Origin: Octopus vulgaris
Taxonomy: Eukaryota
Assembly (NCBI GenBank): GCA_951406725.2
Contig: OX597816.1
Location: 102,796,001-102,860,000 of the forward strand
Reading direction: 5' to 3'
Length of the DNA stretch: 64,000 nt
The translations under genes were made by a program, and so were the position numbers. The notes beneath the pieces were generated by a model. It did no database searches. It was given only the letters and a program-made list of their open reading frames with translations, and had not been told where the DNA came from. This document shows, piece after piece, positions 38,455 through 51,662 of this stretch. Each line of letters opens with the position of its first letter. Position 1 is the stretch's first letter.

Positions 38455-39285
38455 TTAAAGTGGTCCCGTTGAGTTTGATGATAAGTTCCTTGAGACATTA
38501 CTTGAAGAAAATCCTGCATTATCAGTTGAAGAATTAGTAACAAAGCTTGGTTCAAACCATCGTCATCGTCATCTTCAACAACTCGGAAAGGTTCATAAAC
38601 GAGGAAAATGGGTGCCTCATGAATTGTCCGAAAGCAGCCACAAATCCCGAGTTGGCATCTGCTCTTTTCTCCATTCTCGCGAACACATTTCACCCTTTTA
38701 GATAGATTTGTGACTGGTGACGAAAAATAGATCTTCTATCGAAATATTAAACGCTGTAAACAGTGGCTTGGTAAAAGGGATAAAGCTCAACCACAACTGA
38801 GAAGGGAACTTCATGGAAAACAGGTTCTTCTCTCTATCTAGTGGGATTGCAAAGGAGTAATTCACTTTGAATTGTTACCACCTAATGCAACAATCAATGC
38901 TCAAGTCTACTGAGCAATTAGAGCGTTTGAACCAAGCTTTGAAGAAAAGAAGACCCGCTTTAGTGAATCGAAAAGAAGTGATGTTTCATCAGGAATAATG
39001 CGCGACCCCAGACTGCAAATATCACATCATAGAAGATCGAAGAGCTTGGTTGGGGAAAAATTCCTCATCCACCTTATTCTCCCGACCTTGCTCCTTCAGA
39101 CTACTATTTGTTTCGTAGTTTACAGAATCATTTGGGGACATAACTTTCGCAAGCCAGGAGGAGGTAGAAACTGACATTTCAGAGTTCTTCGCTTTGAAAC
39201 CAAAAGAGCTTTACATTGATGGGATTAAAAAGCTTGTAAATATAACATTTGATCACTTGTTTTCAAAAATTTGGACAGAACTTAT
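38455..39285 (+). mobile_element. mariner (DD34D) transposase remnant
   Basis: KWVPHELS (38609), VTGDEK (~38710), PHPPYSPDLAPSDYYLFRSLQNHL (~39062-39135); stops present. Confidence 0.9.
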
Positions 39286-39286
39286 G

Positions 39287-39319
<33 letters not shown>

Positions 39320-39321
<2 letters not shown>

Positions 39322-39925
39322 CAACAGTAAACAACATGAAATACGGAAACAAATGAGTTCAATATGCAGACAACGAGAGAAACAAATAGAAAACAGGACA
39401 AGTAGTATAAAGAAGGACCCTTCATCAGTTGTCGGCCGCCTATCTACTCATTTCGAACACTGAACGACAATATGAGTCTTCGAAAACAGTTACTCCCATA
39501 AGTACCAAATTAAAATTTGGGATTTATAGAGGGTCAAAGTTGGGAACGAAAACAGGACAGTGGAGACATACAAGGAAACCGAACGAAAACAAACATGGAG
39601 GGTCGTTAGATCGGAACTAGGGTAAGATAGCGAACGCTGGAGAAATATTTTCTTTGACAAGAGAAAAGATAGAAGAGAGAGATAGGATACGTCCAGACCT
39701 TAGCACATTCCTGAAAGAAAAGAAAGATAATCACTTGAGGAAAAGAAAGATGGACGATGGTCACGTTTGAGCAACGAGAGAGAGAAAATGAGAAAGAAGG
39801 GGAGAAGGAGACTGATAGAAAACGGTGAAGGGGAGAAAAAAGGGAATTAGAGAAAGGACGAGAAAGAAAACGATGGGGAGAAACAGTATAGAGTCGCATC
39901 AAAAAGATTAAGATAAACTTACTTC
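39320..39925. repeat. Non-coding purine-rich repeat, possibly Penelope-derived terminal repeat
   Basis: Starts at a (TA)n tract, purine-rich, with a degenerate hammerhead-like arrangement on the minus strand near 39440-39490. Confidence 0.35.
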
Positions 39926-39951
39926 GAAATGGATGCGCATGTATGCATGTA

Positions 39952-41190
39952 CGAGGGGCGTTCAATAAGTAATGCTCCTGACCCACTTCCCAAAGCAGTA
40001 GAGCAACGACACTTAGCACAGTTATTAGTCTTCTCCTACATAGGAACTACCCAGAGTTATGCATTTCTCCCATCGTTTGAGACCGTTTTTGTAGAAGACC
40101 CCAGCTTGGTCCTCCAACCACGACGTGACTTCAGAAATCAAGGCTGCATCATCTGGGAAACGCTTTCCTTTCAAAATCAACTTCATGGCTGGGAAGAGGT
40201 GAAAATCAGAGGGTGCAAGGGGAGGAGTTCATAGCTGCACGCCTGTGCTTCTGATCTGGCGACACGCGAGTTGTGGACCGGAGCGTTGTCCTGCAGGAGG
40301 AGGATGCCTTTGCTGATCTTGCCCTGCCTCTTAATTTCCTCAAAAGTGAAGCATAATAGGCTCCTGTAATTGTGGTACCCTTTGCCAGGAAATCTGTCAT
40401 CACTACTCCGTCCTGGTCCCAGAAGACTGTGAGCATAACCTTGTCAGCGTAGGGCTGCACCCTTGCCTTCTTTGGAGGAGGTGAGTCACGGTGCTTTCAC
40501 TGCATTGACTGGGTTTTGGTCTATGGATCATAGTAATGGACTCAGGTTTTATCCTGTGTGATCAGTCTTTTGAAAAATTTTGACTCATCTTCTTGGCACA
40601 TCTCCAAATTCATCCTCGAGCACTCAACGCGTTCTAGCTTCTGGAAAGGTGTGAGCAACCTGGAAATCCATCTGGCAGACACCTTTTGTATATGCAAATG
40701 GTCATGAATGATAGTTTCCACAGACCCGGTACTAATCTTGACCTTATGGGCTATTTGGCGAATAGTTATGCGTTGACCTTCCAAAATGGCAGCCTCAACT
40801 TGACGGACAGACGTCTCATCAACGGCAGAAGGGGGCAACCAGATCTGGGAGCTGTTTCCACAGAGTTCCGACTATGTTTGAATTCACAATGCCAGCGTTT
40901 TACAAGGTCATATGATGGGGCATCATCACCATAAGTTACTTTCATTTCATCAAAAGTCTCCCGTGGTGTGCGTCCTTTCAAATACAAAAAACAGATCACT
41001 GCCCGACACTCAACAGGCTTCATTTCACACTTGACTCAGTTCAAACACCTGTAAATCAGAAACCACAATTATTTCAGAGCTGTAATTCGCCACTTAATCT
41101 ATAGAGGTATAAATAAGTGCACATGCAAAATTTCAGCTAGATCAAACAACTGCAAGTGGGTCAGGGGCATTACTTATTGAACGCCCCTCG
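39952..41190 (-). mobile_element. Full-span mariner element with defective transposase
   Basis: TA|CGAGGGGCGTTCAATAAGTAATGC..GACCCACTT TIRs at both ends; RAVICFLYLKG, KVSARWISRLLT, ITQDKT, KVMLTVFWD, LLQDNAPVH; YSPDL region deleted; frameshifts. Confidence 0.95.
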
Positions 41191-41246
41191 TATGTATGTA
41201 TGTGTGTATGTATGTATGTATGTATGTATGTATGTATGTATGTATG

Positions 41247-41309
<63 letters not shown>

Positions 41310-41489
41310 GTATGTATGCTTGCATGCATGTATGTATGTATGTATGTATGTATGTATGTATGTATGTATGTATATATCTATGAATATGAGTGAAAGTGTC
41401 TCGAGAAAAGGAGGGATAATTACACCTGAGGTCAATCCGACTGAGAGACCACATTCAGTGGGTTCTCCATTTCTATAAACGTAAAGCTC

Positions 41490-41900
41490 GATAAACAAAT
41501 TAAACTGCTCTTTGGCTTCTGAGACGCCAGAACATTGTTGGATGGAACCAGTTCTGGAAGGCCCGAATTCAGACCCGTGATAGTTGATAGGAAATTCACA
41601 TACTCCACTATGGTCATTGCTGCTCTGTCAGAAACATAACCGAGGAAAATAAGAAAGTTACAAGGAAAAAACTATTTTCTGGTCAAGGAATGAGGCAACC
41701 GATCTGAGTAAAGCTATTGTTGGCCTAACTTTCGCAAATAGAGTTTTTGTGTTGATTCCTGTTGTTATATCCGATAGGTGAATGAAGGAAAGAGTAATCC
41801 GAAGTGGAAATCAAAACGTAACTGACTTTATTGCCTATGCTCCTGCGAGGATAAATGAGTAGAATAAATTGAATGAGTTTTATAACTCGTTTTCCCAATT
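41490..41900 (+). mobile_element. RTE LINE APE endonuclease fragment
   Basis: [16 protein letters not shown]...IAALSET, TIFWS, IAYAP: the same motif series as 37800-37930. Confidence 0.7.
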
Positions 41901-42103
41901 TTCAGCACTTCTAACCTTGTACCAGGGATCCATTAATCATCCATACAATATACAAATTCATAAATAAACTAAATTAGTCGACCTAATTTGCGTAACAGTG
42001 TAGGCATTGTCAACTTGATTTGTTTAATTAACAGAACGATACATCTATATAGCTTAAGCGGAGATGTATGGTAAACTTACAAGTAGCCTGATAGTGAAAA
42101 GTA

Positions 42104-42255
42104 CAGTCGTGGCTAAAAGTTTGGAACATAGGTCTGAAAATTAGAATTTTTATAAGATATGCCAAAATATATGTTGTATATATTTGATTTGAATTGTTCT
42201 CAGGCATAACAATTTTAATTTTAAAAAAACTGTTCCAAACTTTTGGACACTACTG
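42104..42255. mobile_element. Tc1-type MITE (152 bp)
   Basis: TA|CAGTCGTGGCTAAAAGTTTGGAACA ... TGTTCCAAACTTTTGGACACTACTG|TA. Confidence 0.85.
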
Positions 42256-43289
42256 TAGCGAACATATTGAAACCACAATCTTCCTCTGTAGCCGAGCAAA
42301 AGATTCATTCTTGATTCAGAAATCGGTGACTCGTTCTTGTCCACTGACGGAATAAAAGCCTAAGCTATCGATTTCTAATCATAAGTGAATAAATCTTGAA
42401 ATTAGTCACATCGATCTTATTTTCCGGTGAGAGAGATGTAATTTTACGGTTTAAGGTTTGTATACGGTTTGTTCCTGGCGGGAAATGTAGCATAAAAATG
42501 AAAGAGAATCTCTTTTTAGACAAGTTTGATTTTTTTCTTTTCTCAGATTAGAGAAATTATACGCTAACCTAACGCGGTGCTGTCCGTCTATTCCTTAATT
42601 CGTGTGGCCAGCAATTGAAATATTATGTAAATTAAACAGAGTAATTTAGTCCTGTCTGAACTAATATTTACAATAAATATCTACATATTACTATTCTTTT
42701 CATGGAATAGTAACGGAGAGCCGATCTCTGACGATGTGTATTAAAAGTTGAAACTAGTTACATCGATTCCATTTTTTTCTAGCCGCAGAAATGAAGAAAG
42801 ATGTGGTTTAATCAGCATGTCGACTTTTTCACATGCTTACTTAAAATATGCGCTCGTAAGTTTACCCTACATTTCTGTGCACACATACACAAATACAAAG
42901 ACAAGTACGACATACAGCATAGAGGGAGAAAGAAAAGAAGAAAGAGAAACACACACACACGCGCACACTTACGCAAACAGTTGTACCGAAAGACCTCCCT
43001 GATCTACATCAAAGGAACTGAAACAAATGTCATCATGACGTCATATTCCACTAACATCACTAACAGTCTATATATTATAGCGTAATAGAGTAGGTTACAA
43101 GGGAGTGCATGTGTATGTCTATGTACGCTTGTTTGAGTGAGTGGTGCGTGAATGTTACATGGCTTGTCGGTGGTAGCAGTGTTGATGGTATTCGTAACTA
43201 GTAGTAGTAGTAGTAGTAATTTGTTGTATTGCTTTTATGTGAGTCATCTGTTCTGTGATTAATTGTTGCTTTCATGAACAAAATATGTA

Positions 43290-44230
43290 TTAGCTGGTGG
43301 GGGTAGTATATCTGATTGATGTTTTTGCTATTATTATTAATTTTGAAAAAAAAAAATTTTTTTCTAATTTTGCTTCGAAAAATACTTTAATTTGCAAGAT
43401 GGCGTCGTCTTCGCCGAACAGCATGAGCTTCAAGTGGGAGGGAATTTTGAGAGTTAATTTGGATCTGCCATTCAAAACTATTCATTCTCTCTTTTCTTGA
43501 GAAGTAATCCGCCCCTAACTCTGACTATCCAAAGTTCAGTAAGTAGCACTGCCAACTAACATGGCGACAAGCGACAGCAGCAATAGCCACATGTCAAATG
43601 GGAACAGCAAAAGTAACCTAACTATTACCAATACCGCTAGAGCAGCAAATAATCACAAAAGCAATGCTGTTAACTGAAATACTACCACCATCACCACCGC
43701 TGTGGATGCCAAAGGTAGCAGTGAAACAAAATTAACAGCACAAAATGTACCCAGATCGCAGAAATGAATGCAATTTTTGCTAATATAATAAACTCCATAA
43801 CACAAACTTGAGCTACAGAACGAAGTAAAGGTCAGTATATGATTTCTCAAAACGGAAGGGTATTACTAGATGCGCCCTTACCATTTCGAATACGGAATTA
43901 GGTTTAATGAGTTGAAGGGTGGAAAACCTTACACTCACACAGATGGAATGGTACCTTCAAACCATGTATTATAGGCAATATAACGGTGGAGGAAAGATTT
44001 GCGTCAAAGATAAAGGGTAAGAAAGCACGCCGCATTGCCATAAAAAATGAGGAACGTATCCAACTGTATTACGTAGGGGGAAGTCTGCTGAAGGTCAAAA
44101 GTCTAGAGATGACATAAGAAGTATATACCCGTTGGTTGGTGGTAGTCATTATATCCAGTGACAAGGTCAACGAAATGATTATGGATACGGACAAGGGCAC
44201 CAGAAGAAATGGTCATGGGTAGGGCTAAAT
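43290..44230 (+). mobile_element. Possible decayed L1/Tx1-like 5' UTR and ORF1
   Basis: MEWYLQTMYYRQ and EVYTRWLVVVI weakly echo the 24920-25090 peptide; many stops. Confidence 0.3.
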
Positions 44231-44239
44231 CGCTTGATC

Positions 44240-44835
44240 CGCTTCTTCCTCCGCCTCCTTCTCTTCTTCTTCCACCACCTCCTCCTCTGCCTCCTTTTCT
44301 TCTTCTTCTTCTTCTTCTTCTTCTTCTTCTTCTGCTTCTTCTTCTTTATCTTCTTCCTCCTCCTTCTCTTCATCTTCCGCCTCCTCTTTCCTCTCACCTC
44401 CCTCTCCTCCTCTTCCTCCCTTCATCTTCCGCCTCCTCTTGTTTTTCCCCTCCTTTTCTTCTTCCTCCCTTCTTCTTCCTCTTCTTCATCCAGCTCTTCT
44501 TCTTCCTCCCCCTCTTCTTCATCCAGCTCCTCCTCCTCCTCCTCCTCCTCCTCCACCTCCTCCTCTACTTCTTCCTCTTTCTCCTCCTCCTCCTCCTCCT
44601 CCACTTCTTCCTCCTCTTCCACTTCTTCCTCCCTCCTCCTCCTCCACTTCTACCTCCTTCTCCTCATCTTCTACCTCCTTCTCCTCCTCTTCGCCCGCCT
44701 CCTCATCCTCTTCTTCCTCCTCTGCTTCCGCCTCCGCTTCCTCCTCTCCTCCCTCCCTTCTTCCGCCTCTTCCCCTTCCCCCTCCTCCTCCTCCTCCTCA
44801 TCATCATCATCAATATCATTATTATTATTACTACT
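44240..44835. repeat. ~600 bp (CCT)n/(CTT)n polypyrimidine tract ending in (CAT)n/(ATT)n
   Basis: Directly visible. Confidence 0.95.
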
Positions 44836-45157
44836 ATCATAAACCCGGACAAATCGGTTGACTTGCAGCTTGCAGCTGTAGAGGCAAGTGTATGTCATAG
44901 GAGAGGGTCGCTGGACAGACAGATCGGTTAAACGGCTCGGGGTTCGGTTCGGACCTCCAAGTGAACGGGGACTGGAATGAAATTACTAGCGGCGTTGCCT
45001 TGTTCATCCAGAAAGAAAAAGAGGCAACTATGTCTGTGCCCAGATAGCCAGGAAGGACCAGGACTGGAACATCCTCATATATTCACCTCCCTCTACCACT
45101 CGGACAATGCAGTCGGTAGAAGTTCCACTTAGACAATATATAGCGGACTAGTGGTAT

Positions 45158-45472
45158 GAAGGCGCGTGGATTAGTGGTTACTGTATTCGGCTCACGATCG
45201 TAAGGTAGTGAGTTCGATTCCTGGCAGCACGTTGCGTCCTGGAGAGTGACACTCTATTTCACTTCGCTCCAGTCCACTCAGCTGGCAAAAATGAGAGCTG
45301 CACCGTTAGTTCAATGGGCCAGCCTTATTACATTCGGTGTGTCATACTGAATCTCCCTGAGAACTTCGTCAAGGGTACGCATGTCTGTGGAGTGCTCTGT
45401 CACGTGCACAGTAATTTCACGAGCAGACTGTTCCGTTGGTCGAATCAACTGGAACACTCGTCGTAACCGATG
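45158..45472 (+). mobile_element. tRNA-derived SINE family C
   Basis: GGCGCGTGGATTAGTGGTTA (A box), GAGTTCGATTCC (B box), TATTTCAC..GCTCCAGTCCACTCAGCTG core. Confidence 0.82.
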
Positions 45473-47006
45473 GAATTCTCCAGCCAGGTGTGCAAGAGCG
45501 ATGAGGTTCTTAGGGAAATTCTAAGCATTGACGAGAGTGGGGCACTAACGGTTCGAAACAAACCCTACAAGTTCGGAACTGTCCCGATGCAGAACTATCC
45601 GTGATTCAAGCAGAGAGACAAAACTCTGCTGCGTGTACTTGTCTAATATCCGAGCATTGCTGACTTGTGACATTATATCGAAGAGATGTTGTCGAGTGAC
45701 AACGAATATAGTTATGAGACCAGTCCACCGTAAATATCACCTATTTGCCGTCCTTTAAGGCTGGGCAGCAGTGACCCTCAGGTTGGTGGCTATGGTGAAA
45801 GAGATTGTGTGGTGGAAAAGGCTGAAAGGATTAAGGGCAGACGCCTTCCTTTTCCGACAAGCTTTCATTGACATTTAAAGTTCTACTTGTAGAGCAAAAT
45901 ATGTGGGGAGAGAAAGATGCTCTCATTTAGAAAATTTGTTAAATAGTGAGTGACTATGGCGAAAAAGATTAGTATGAATGAAATTATCCCAAATATGTGC
46001 ATGTAGGTTGGATTACAATAGTTAACTGAAGGCAGGGTAGTCCTGAATTGATTTGGTTTCTTGGTGGTCTCCATTTGGAGACTTCTATGTATCGGAAGGT
46101 CTGCATCTTCTGTATAGTAATTTATTTTATTTGTGCCTTAATCAGAAACAATTGTTTTTATTTTTATGATTGATAATTATCATTATAGCGAAATAGAAGA
46201 CCTTTCTTTTTCATATATGCAGATATCGCGATTTAAAAGTAACAGCTGTCGTAAACAGACGATCAGATATTCTGAGAACATCAATTGAGATTAATGTAGA
46301 TGTACAGCATCACCTAAATCTCAAATACAAAGCTATTAATAGTTAAACCCAAGCCGTTTTTAAAACGAGGAAAAAATCTCAAACAAGATAGAACACCAAA
46401 CAATTATAGAGCGAATATATTCGCAGATGACTAGAAGAATCAAAATGTTAGAGTTTAGTATACTGCAAAACGTATGCAGTATATATGAACCCAACACTCA
46501 CGAGAAGGAAGTTAAAAAACCTTATCCACTCAATCATTTCTACTGCGATTTACTTGCAGCCTGCCCATGGGAAAGGCTTATCTGATAACTCTCAATGTTA
46601 CTTAATATGTGTTTGGGGTCTAACTTCATGAGGTGGAGTGGTTTTGTGGAATCTTCAGTTCATTAGCAAACGGTATAATCTAGACTAGTAAATGATATGT
46701 TCGAGATATTTGAGTGCTACGTAAGCAGTTTCCCGAAAAGAGCAAGCGTGTTTCTAACAGTACTACATCATGGATGAAATCTAGCTATGTTGAAGTGGTG
46801 ACATATTGGAATTTACTTCAAGTGGCATATTTCCAGAATTGTTCTACACAAATAAGCTCTAAAAATGTTTATACATAATAGATTAATGTGATCTATGGTA
46901 CATAAAATAACCTTACTAGTGTACTACTCTCTCTCTCACACACACACGCACGCGCATATACATACATACATATATACATACACACATACATATATACATA
47001 CATACA

Positions 47007-47075
<69 letters not shown>

Positions 47076-47259
47076 GTATACCCGTCTCAACATTCCTTCG
47101 GTGATCAGACGAGAACCAGTATTTTCAACGTGATATTATCCATGTATTCCTGTGCGTATGTGTTTCTATATATATTTACACGCACACACTCACAAACAAG
47201 AAGAAAGGTAATTTTTTATTATCTTATTCTCAATAAAAAGATAAAGACAACTCCAGAAA

Positions 47260-47370
47260 ACAATATTATTCGGAACAGCTAGGATACTTAGGAGGATTCT
47301 TGGCATCTAAGGTTACTTGTTGTAGCCCGATGTAACGAAATTTTCTTTTCCAACAGTCTAATCTGTTGTG
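47260..47370 (+). mobile_element. R4/Dong-like retrotransposon extreme 3' end, followed by long (AAT)n
   Basis: ILFGTARILRRILGI* then a short UTR and (AAT)n at 47379-47485. Confidence 0.6.
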
Positions 47371-47379
47371 CGTATATTA

Positions 47380-47487
<108 letters not shown>

Positions 47488-47502
47488 GACATCGACAACA
47501 AC

Positions 47503-47873
47503 AACAAGAGCACTCAGAGAGCGCAAATCTCCGCCAAGGCAACACCAACGTCCTCTCAACGGTTAGTTAGAGAGGATTTTTAAAATGAGAATATCTGAAA
47601 TAAATTCGACTGCTCTCACAAACGAGAATACTAAAAATGAACCCGACCGCTCTTGAGAATTAAGTAAAGAAACCGGAAAAATAATTCAGAATTTGTCTTC
47701 TACCGGATCGATGCCAAAATATAAGCGGTTCGTGCCAGTTACGAGGCCAAGTATTCCTGAAATTTTCATCCGAATCCATCCAGCGTTTCTTGAGATATCA
47801 TGTCCACGGACAAACAAACGAACAAACACACAAATACGACTGAAAACAATACTTCTGCCTTCGCTAAGGCGGA

Positions 47874-47878
<5 letters not shown>
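47503..47878. mobile_element. Non-autonomous Helentron/HINE (DINE-1-like) element
   Basis: Subterminal inverted repeats CTCCGCC / GGCGGAG, a terminal CCTT..AAGG hairpin, an internal ACAA microsatellite; embedded in AAC/AAT repeats. Confidence 0.55.
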
Positions 47879-47914
<36 letters not shown>

Positions 47915-47915
<1 letters not shown>

Positions 47916-48540
47916 CTAGGCAACATCCCAGGAGAACCATGTCTCAGGGAAATTCAAAAGATTGTGCTGACAAGTATTGCCCGTAGTCTGAGAAAAAACC
48001 CCATCAATTTCAATGTCTGTGTTGTATTACATGAAGATATTTTGTCACTGTTCTTGCTACTTCCTCTCCCCAAGCTTCCAGTTATACTATAACATCTCTG
48101 ATCCTGTACTTGACCTAGGGCGCTGAGTGAGTCTCGGCAGGTGATTGCAACAAACATGCAGATTAAAATAAAAATAAATAATAATAATTAAGGAAGTGGA
48201 GAAATATCAGGAGCAGATGCGACAAATCTAGAAACTATGGAGAATCAGGTACGTAGAAATGGTACCGAATGTGGTTGGTGCAGTGGGAGCAGTTCGTAAA
48301 ATGTTGGATGCATGGCTTGAAAAGCTAGGAATCACCATCAGGACCGTTGCAGAAAACAACCTTGTTAGGATCAACAAGGATTCTGAAATGGCTGTTAGAA
48401 TGTTGAAGGAGAAAGAATTACTCAATGGATTTTGGGCCATTTTATATGCCTCGCTCTTTTGGTAAAGTATCAGTATAACATCTGCTAGAGCAGAAGCAAC
48501 AATGAAAAGAAGAAGAACAACAACAACAACTAACTACTAC
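47915..48540 (+). mobile_element. Two tandem R4/Dong-like 3' fragments (47915-48180 and 48190-48540)
   Basis: NIPGEPCLREIQKIVLTSIARSLRK; KEVEKY..KLW..VPNVVGAVGAV..LQKTTLLGSTRIL; each ends in AAT/AAC repeats. Confidence 0.78.
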
Positions 48541-48567
48541 AACAATAACAACAGTAACAATAATAAT

Positions 48568-48982
48568 CTTGGTATAAAAGATGGGCTACAGCAGATATTC
48601 TGCTCAATACCACCGATTTGCTTGTCAATTGTTTGATTTTAGCCGGTTGAGCGTGTCCTTTGGTGGCTGACGAGCAGAAGTAGTGGAGGAGCAGCATACC
48701 CATGTGTTGAAAGGAATTCTTTGGGGCTTGAATAATTCGTCTCCGGAAACATGGGTGCTACGTTCAACATCCTTAAACGACCCTTACTGAGGGACCCTTT
48801 GAGCAGTATGGGCTACACCACTTGCAGGTGGGCCCCACCTGCAAGTTCATGTGATATTTATCTTGATACGAGGTCACCATGTTGCGGACATATGGTTGTG
48901 ATGCATATGCGTGCTGCACCCTTATCAGGCGGGATTCGTATATTTGAACTCCAGTGCCACTTTGATGGTATGCACTGCTCTT
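48568..48982. repeat. Unclassified interspersed repeat; second partial copy at 50210-50430
   Basis: Shared GGGCCCCACCTGCAAG..CCATGT..ACCCTTATCAG..TGCACTGCTCT; both copies end in AAT/GAT tracts. Confidence 0.7.
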
Positions 48983-48989
48983 ACATACA

Positions 48990-49027
<38 letters not shown>

Positions 49028-49049
49028 AATAATAATAATAATAATAACA

Positions 49050-49730
49050 ATAATTGACTCGCCACAGTGTAGGTGGTGCTCTGAGAAGGGAGAAAGTATA
49101 AACCATATTGTTAGTGAGTGATGTAAGCTCGCACAACGCGAATACAAGAGGAAACACGACAATGTAGCCAAGTATGTCCAGTGGCTGTTGTGCAGTAAAG
49201 CAACCCTCGAGAGAGCCGAACATTGGTATGAACACAAGCCAGAGTGAGTAATGGAAAACGAACATTACTAAATACTCTGAGATTTTAACATACAGTGAGA
49301 CCAAGTTATAGAGGTGAGACGGCCAGATATAGTCATTTATCTGTAAAGATGGAAAAGAAGTAAAGATAATAGATGTTGCAATACCAGGCGATTCGAGGGT
49401 GAAATGTAAGGAAACAGAAAAAAATGAGAAATACCAGCCACTGCGGACGAGATAGGAAAGTTATGGGGCATGAGGAAAGTAATGGTGATACCAGTGGTAA
49501 TTGGAACATTAGGAGCAGTTTCCGAAGGCGTTGAAAACCATACTAAGAATATTGAAGCTGCTGTCAGGCTCGAAGTGATCCAGAAGACGGCATTATTGGG
49601 TACAGATCGCATTCTAAGGAGAGTCTCTTTGAGTCACAGGAGAAGGCACTATTTGAAATCTCTGGTGATTTGTTATTGCCTGCTTTCAAGTAACGAATAA
49701 CCGGTAATTAAGAACTAACCGAGAGTCTCT
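49050..49730 (+). mobile_element. R4/Dong-like 3' fragment: zinc knuckle plus RLE endonuclease
   Basis: SPQCRWCSEKGESINHIVSEC, YKRKHDNVAK, WYEHKPE, RRPDIV, IIDVAIPGD, VIPVVIGTLG, IQKTALLGTDRILRRV. Confidence 0.9.
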
Positions 49731-49777
49731 AACAACAACAGCAACAACAACAACAATAACAACAACAACAACAACAA

Positions 49778-49812
<35 letters not shown>

Positions 49813-49853
49813 ACAACAACAGCAGCAGCAGCAGCAACAACAACAACAACAAC

Positions 49854-49894
<41 letters not shown>

Positions 49895-49897
<3 letters not shown>

Positions 49898-50200
49898 ACA
49901 TAAGGAAATAGAAATTGAAATACAAATGATGTGGCATCTTAAAGCAAGAACTGTTCTTGTTATTGTAAGTGCCCTAGGTATGATAAAAAAAGGATGCCAG
50001 AAACATCTAGACAACATCCCAGGAGAACTATGTCTCTGAGAAATCCAACGGATTGTGCTGACAAGTACTCCCCACATCCTTAGAAAAACCCTATCAATTT
50101 AAATGTCTGTGTTGTATTTCATAAAAATATTTCGCCGCTGCCTCTGTTACTTTCCCACCCCAAACTGTCAGTCATACCGTGACATCTCTTACCTTTCACT
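49895..50200 (+). mobile_element. R4/Dong-like 3' fragment (same family as 47915)
   Basis: EIEIQMMWHLKARTVLVIVSALGMIKKG..NIPGELCL*EIQRIVLTSTPHILRKTL. Confidence 0.82.
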
Positions 50201-50789
50201 CACCCTGAGACCTTTTGAGCGGAATAGCCTATTCCACCCGAAGAAAATTCTAACTGGGCCCCACCTGCAAGGTCATTTACTGTTTATCTTTATATGAGAT
50301 CAACCATGTCGCGCACCATGATTGTGATATATGTGCCTGGTGTACCCTTATCAGATTGGTATTCATGATGGGTATACTGGGTTTCGCATATTTTACACGT
50401 GTATCACTTGGATGACATGCACTGCTCTCTCAATAATAATAATAAAATATTAGAAAGGGAAAGATATCAGTTTATGATATTTCACCAGCACTGGCGGATG
50501 ACACTATAGTATCACGTGAGTTCAATGTATTACGTATCTCAGCAACAGTCAGTCAAACACTGAGTTCTAGACATAAAATTTACCGGCAATGATGTTGCGA
50601 AAAGTTGGCGAGTTACCTATGCATAAATTAGTTATTAGCAACAGAAACAGTCTTTGTAACAAATGCATCATTGTTATATATTGACATTAGACAGACTGTA
50701 CACATTGTATCTATTTTCATAAATAATTTCAAAATATTATAAAAAGAAATACAGCATTTGGTACAGAAATATATCTACATTGCAAATTA

Positions 50790-50837
<48 letters not shown>

Positions 50838-51189
50838 CACACACACGCGCAGAGACACACACACACACGCACACACACGCACACACAATAATAATAATAA
50901 AAAGTGACAACAAAAGAAGGAGACCTCGATTTTAGATAAATAGAGGATTATTAATAGCCGACGAGAATGTATCGTAGCTCTTCGCTCCGACATTTGAAAC
51001 TCTGAGTACTATATGGATAACTTACTGTTTGTTCTAAATTATAATATATAAATGTATGTGTGTGTGTGTATATATATATACACACATAAATACGTACATG
51101 CATACATGTATGTATGCATATATAGGTATACGTGTATAATACACGCATACACGCACACACTCATACACATATACACATATGTGTATCTA

Positions 51190-51290
<101 letters not shown>

Positions 51291-51630
51291 TTATGTACAA
51301 TTGAATGATTCTTGATAGGCGAAATATGAAGTCGCAGCCAACCTCGCCGTTGACAATAATAACAATATTGATAAAAATAATAATGATGATGATGATGATA
51401 ATGATGATGATATATTAATATATTGAACTGAACTTTCGGTGTTATCTATTTAATATACTCTTTGTTAAATTCAATGTCTTTCAGTTTACATACACTGGAA
51501 GTTATTGGACTAGAATCATTTAATTGTATAATCGTTACGTATTGTATTGTTCTCAACTGCTTTTTCATACAAACGTAGTGCATACATACATACATACATA
51601 CATACATACATACATACATACATACATACA

Positions 51631-51662
<32 letters not shown>

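Noticed and set aside
42530-42800. Polypyrimidine-AG splice-acceptor-like site in unique sequence
   Set aside because: No recognisable coding frame or donor site follows; it cannot be supported without RNA-seq.
43390-43660. AAGATGGCG and AACATGGCG (YY1/start-like) as a host first exon
   Set aside because: Both ORFs stop quickly, no convincing exon structure follows, and downstream sequence resembles a decayed LINE ORF1.
44179-44931. Poly-Pro/Ser/Leu/Glu ORFs
   Set aside because: They come from a trinucleotide tract open in most frames; there is no splice or domain evidence.
45158-45235. tRNA-like sequences here and at 1589, 13954, 58855 and 62359
   Set aside because: A and B boxes run into SINE bodies and no complete cloverleaf forms; these are SINE heads, not tRNA genes.
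51293-51531. ~19 bp imperfect inverted repeat (TACAATT.AATGATTCT)
   Set aside because: Too short and AT-rich to distinguish from chance.
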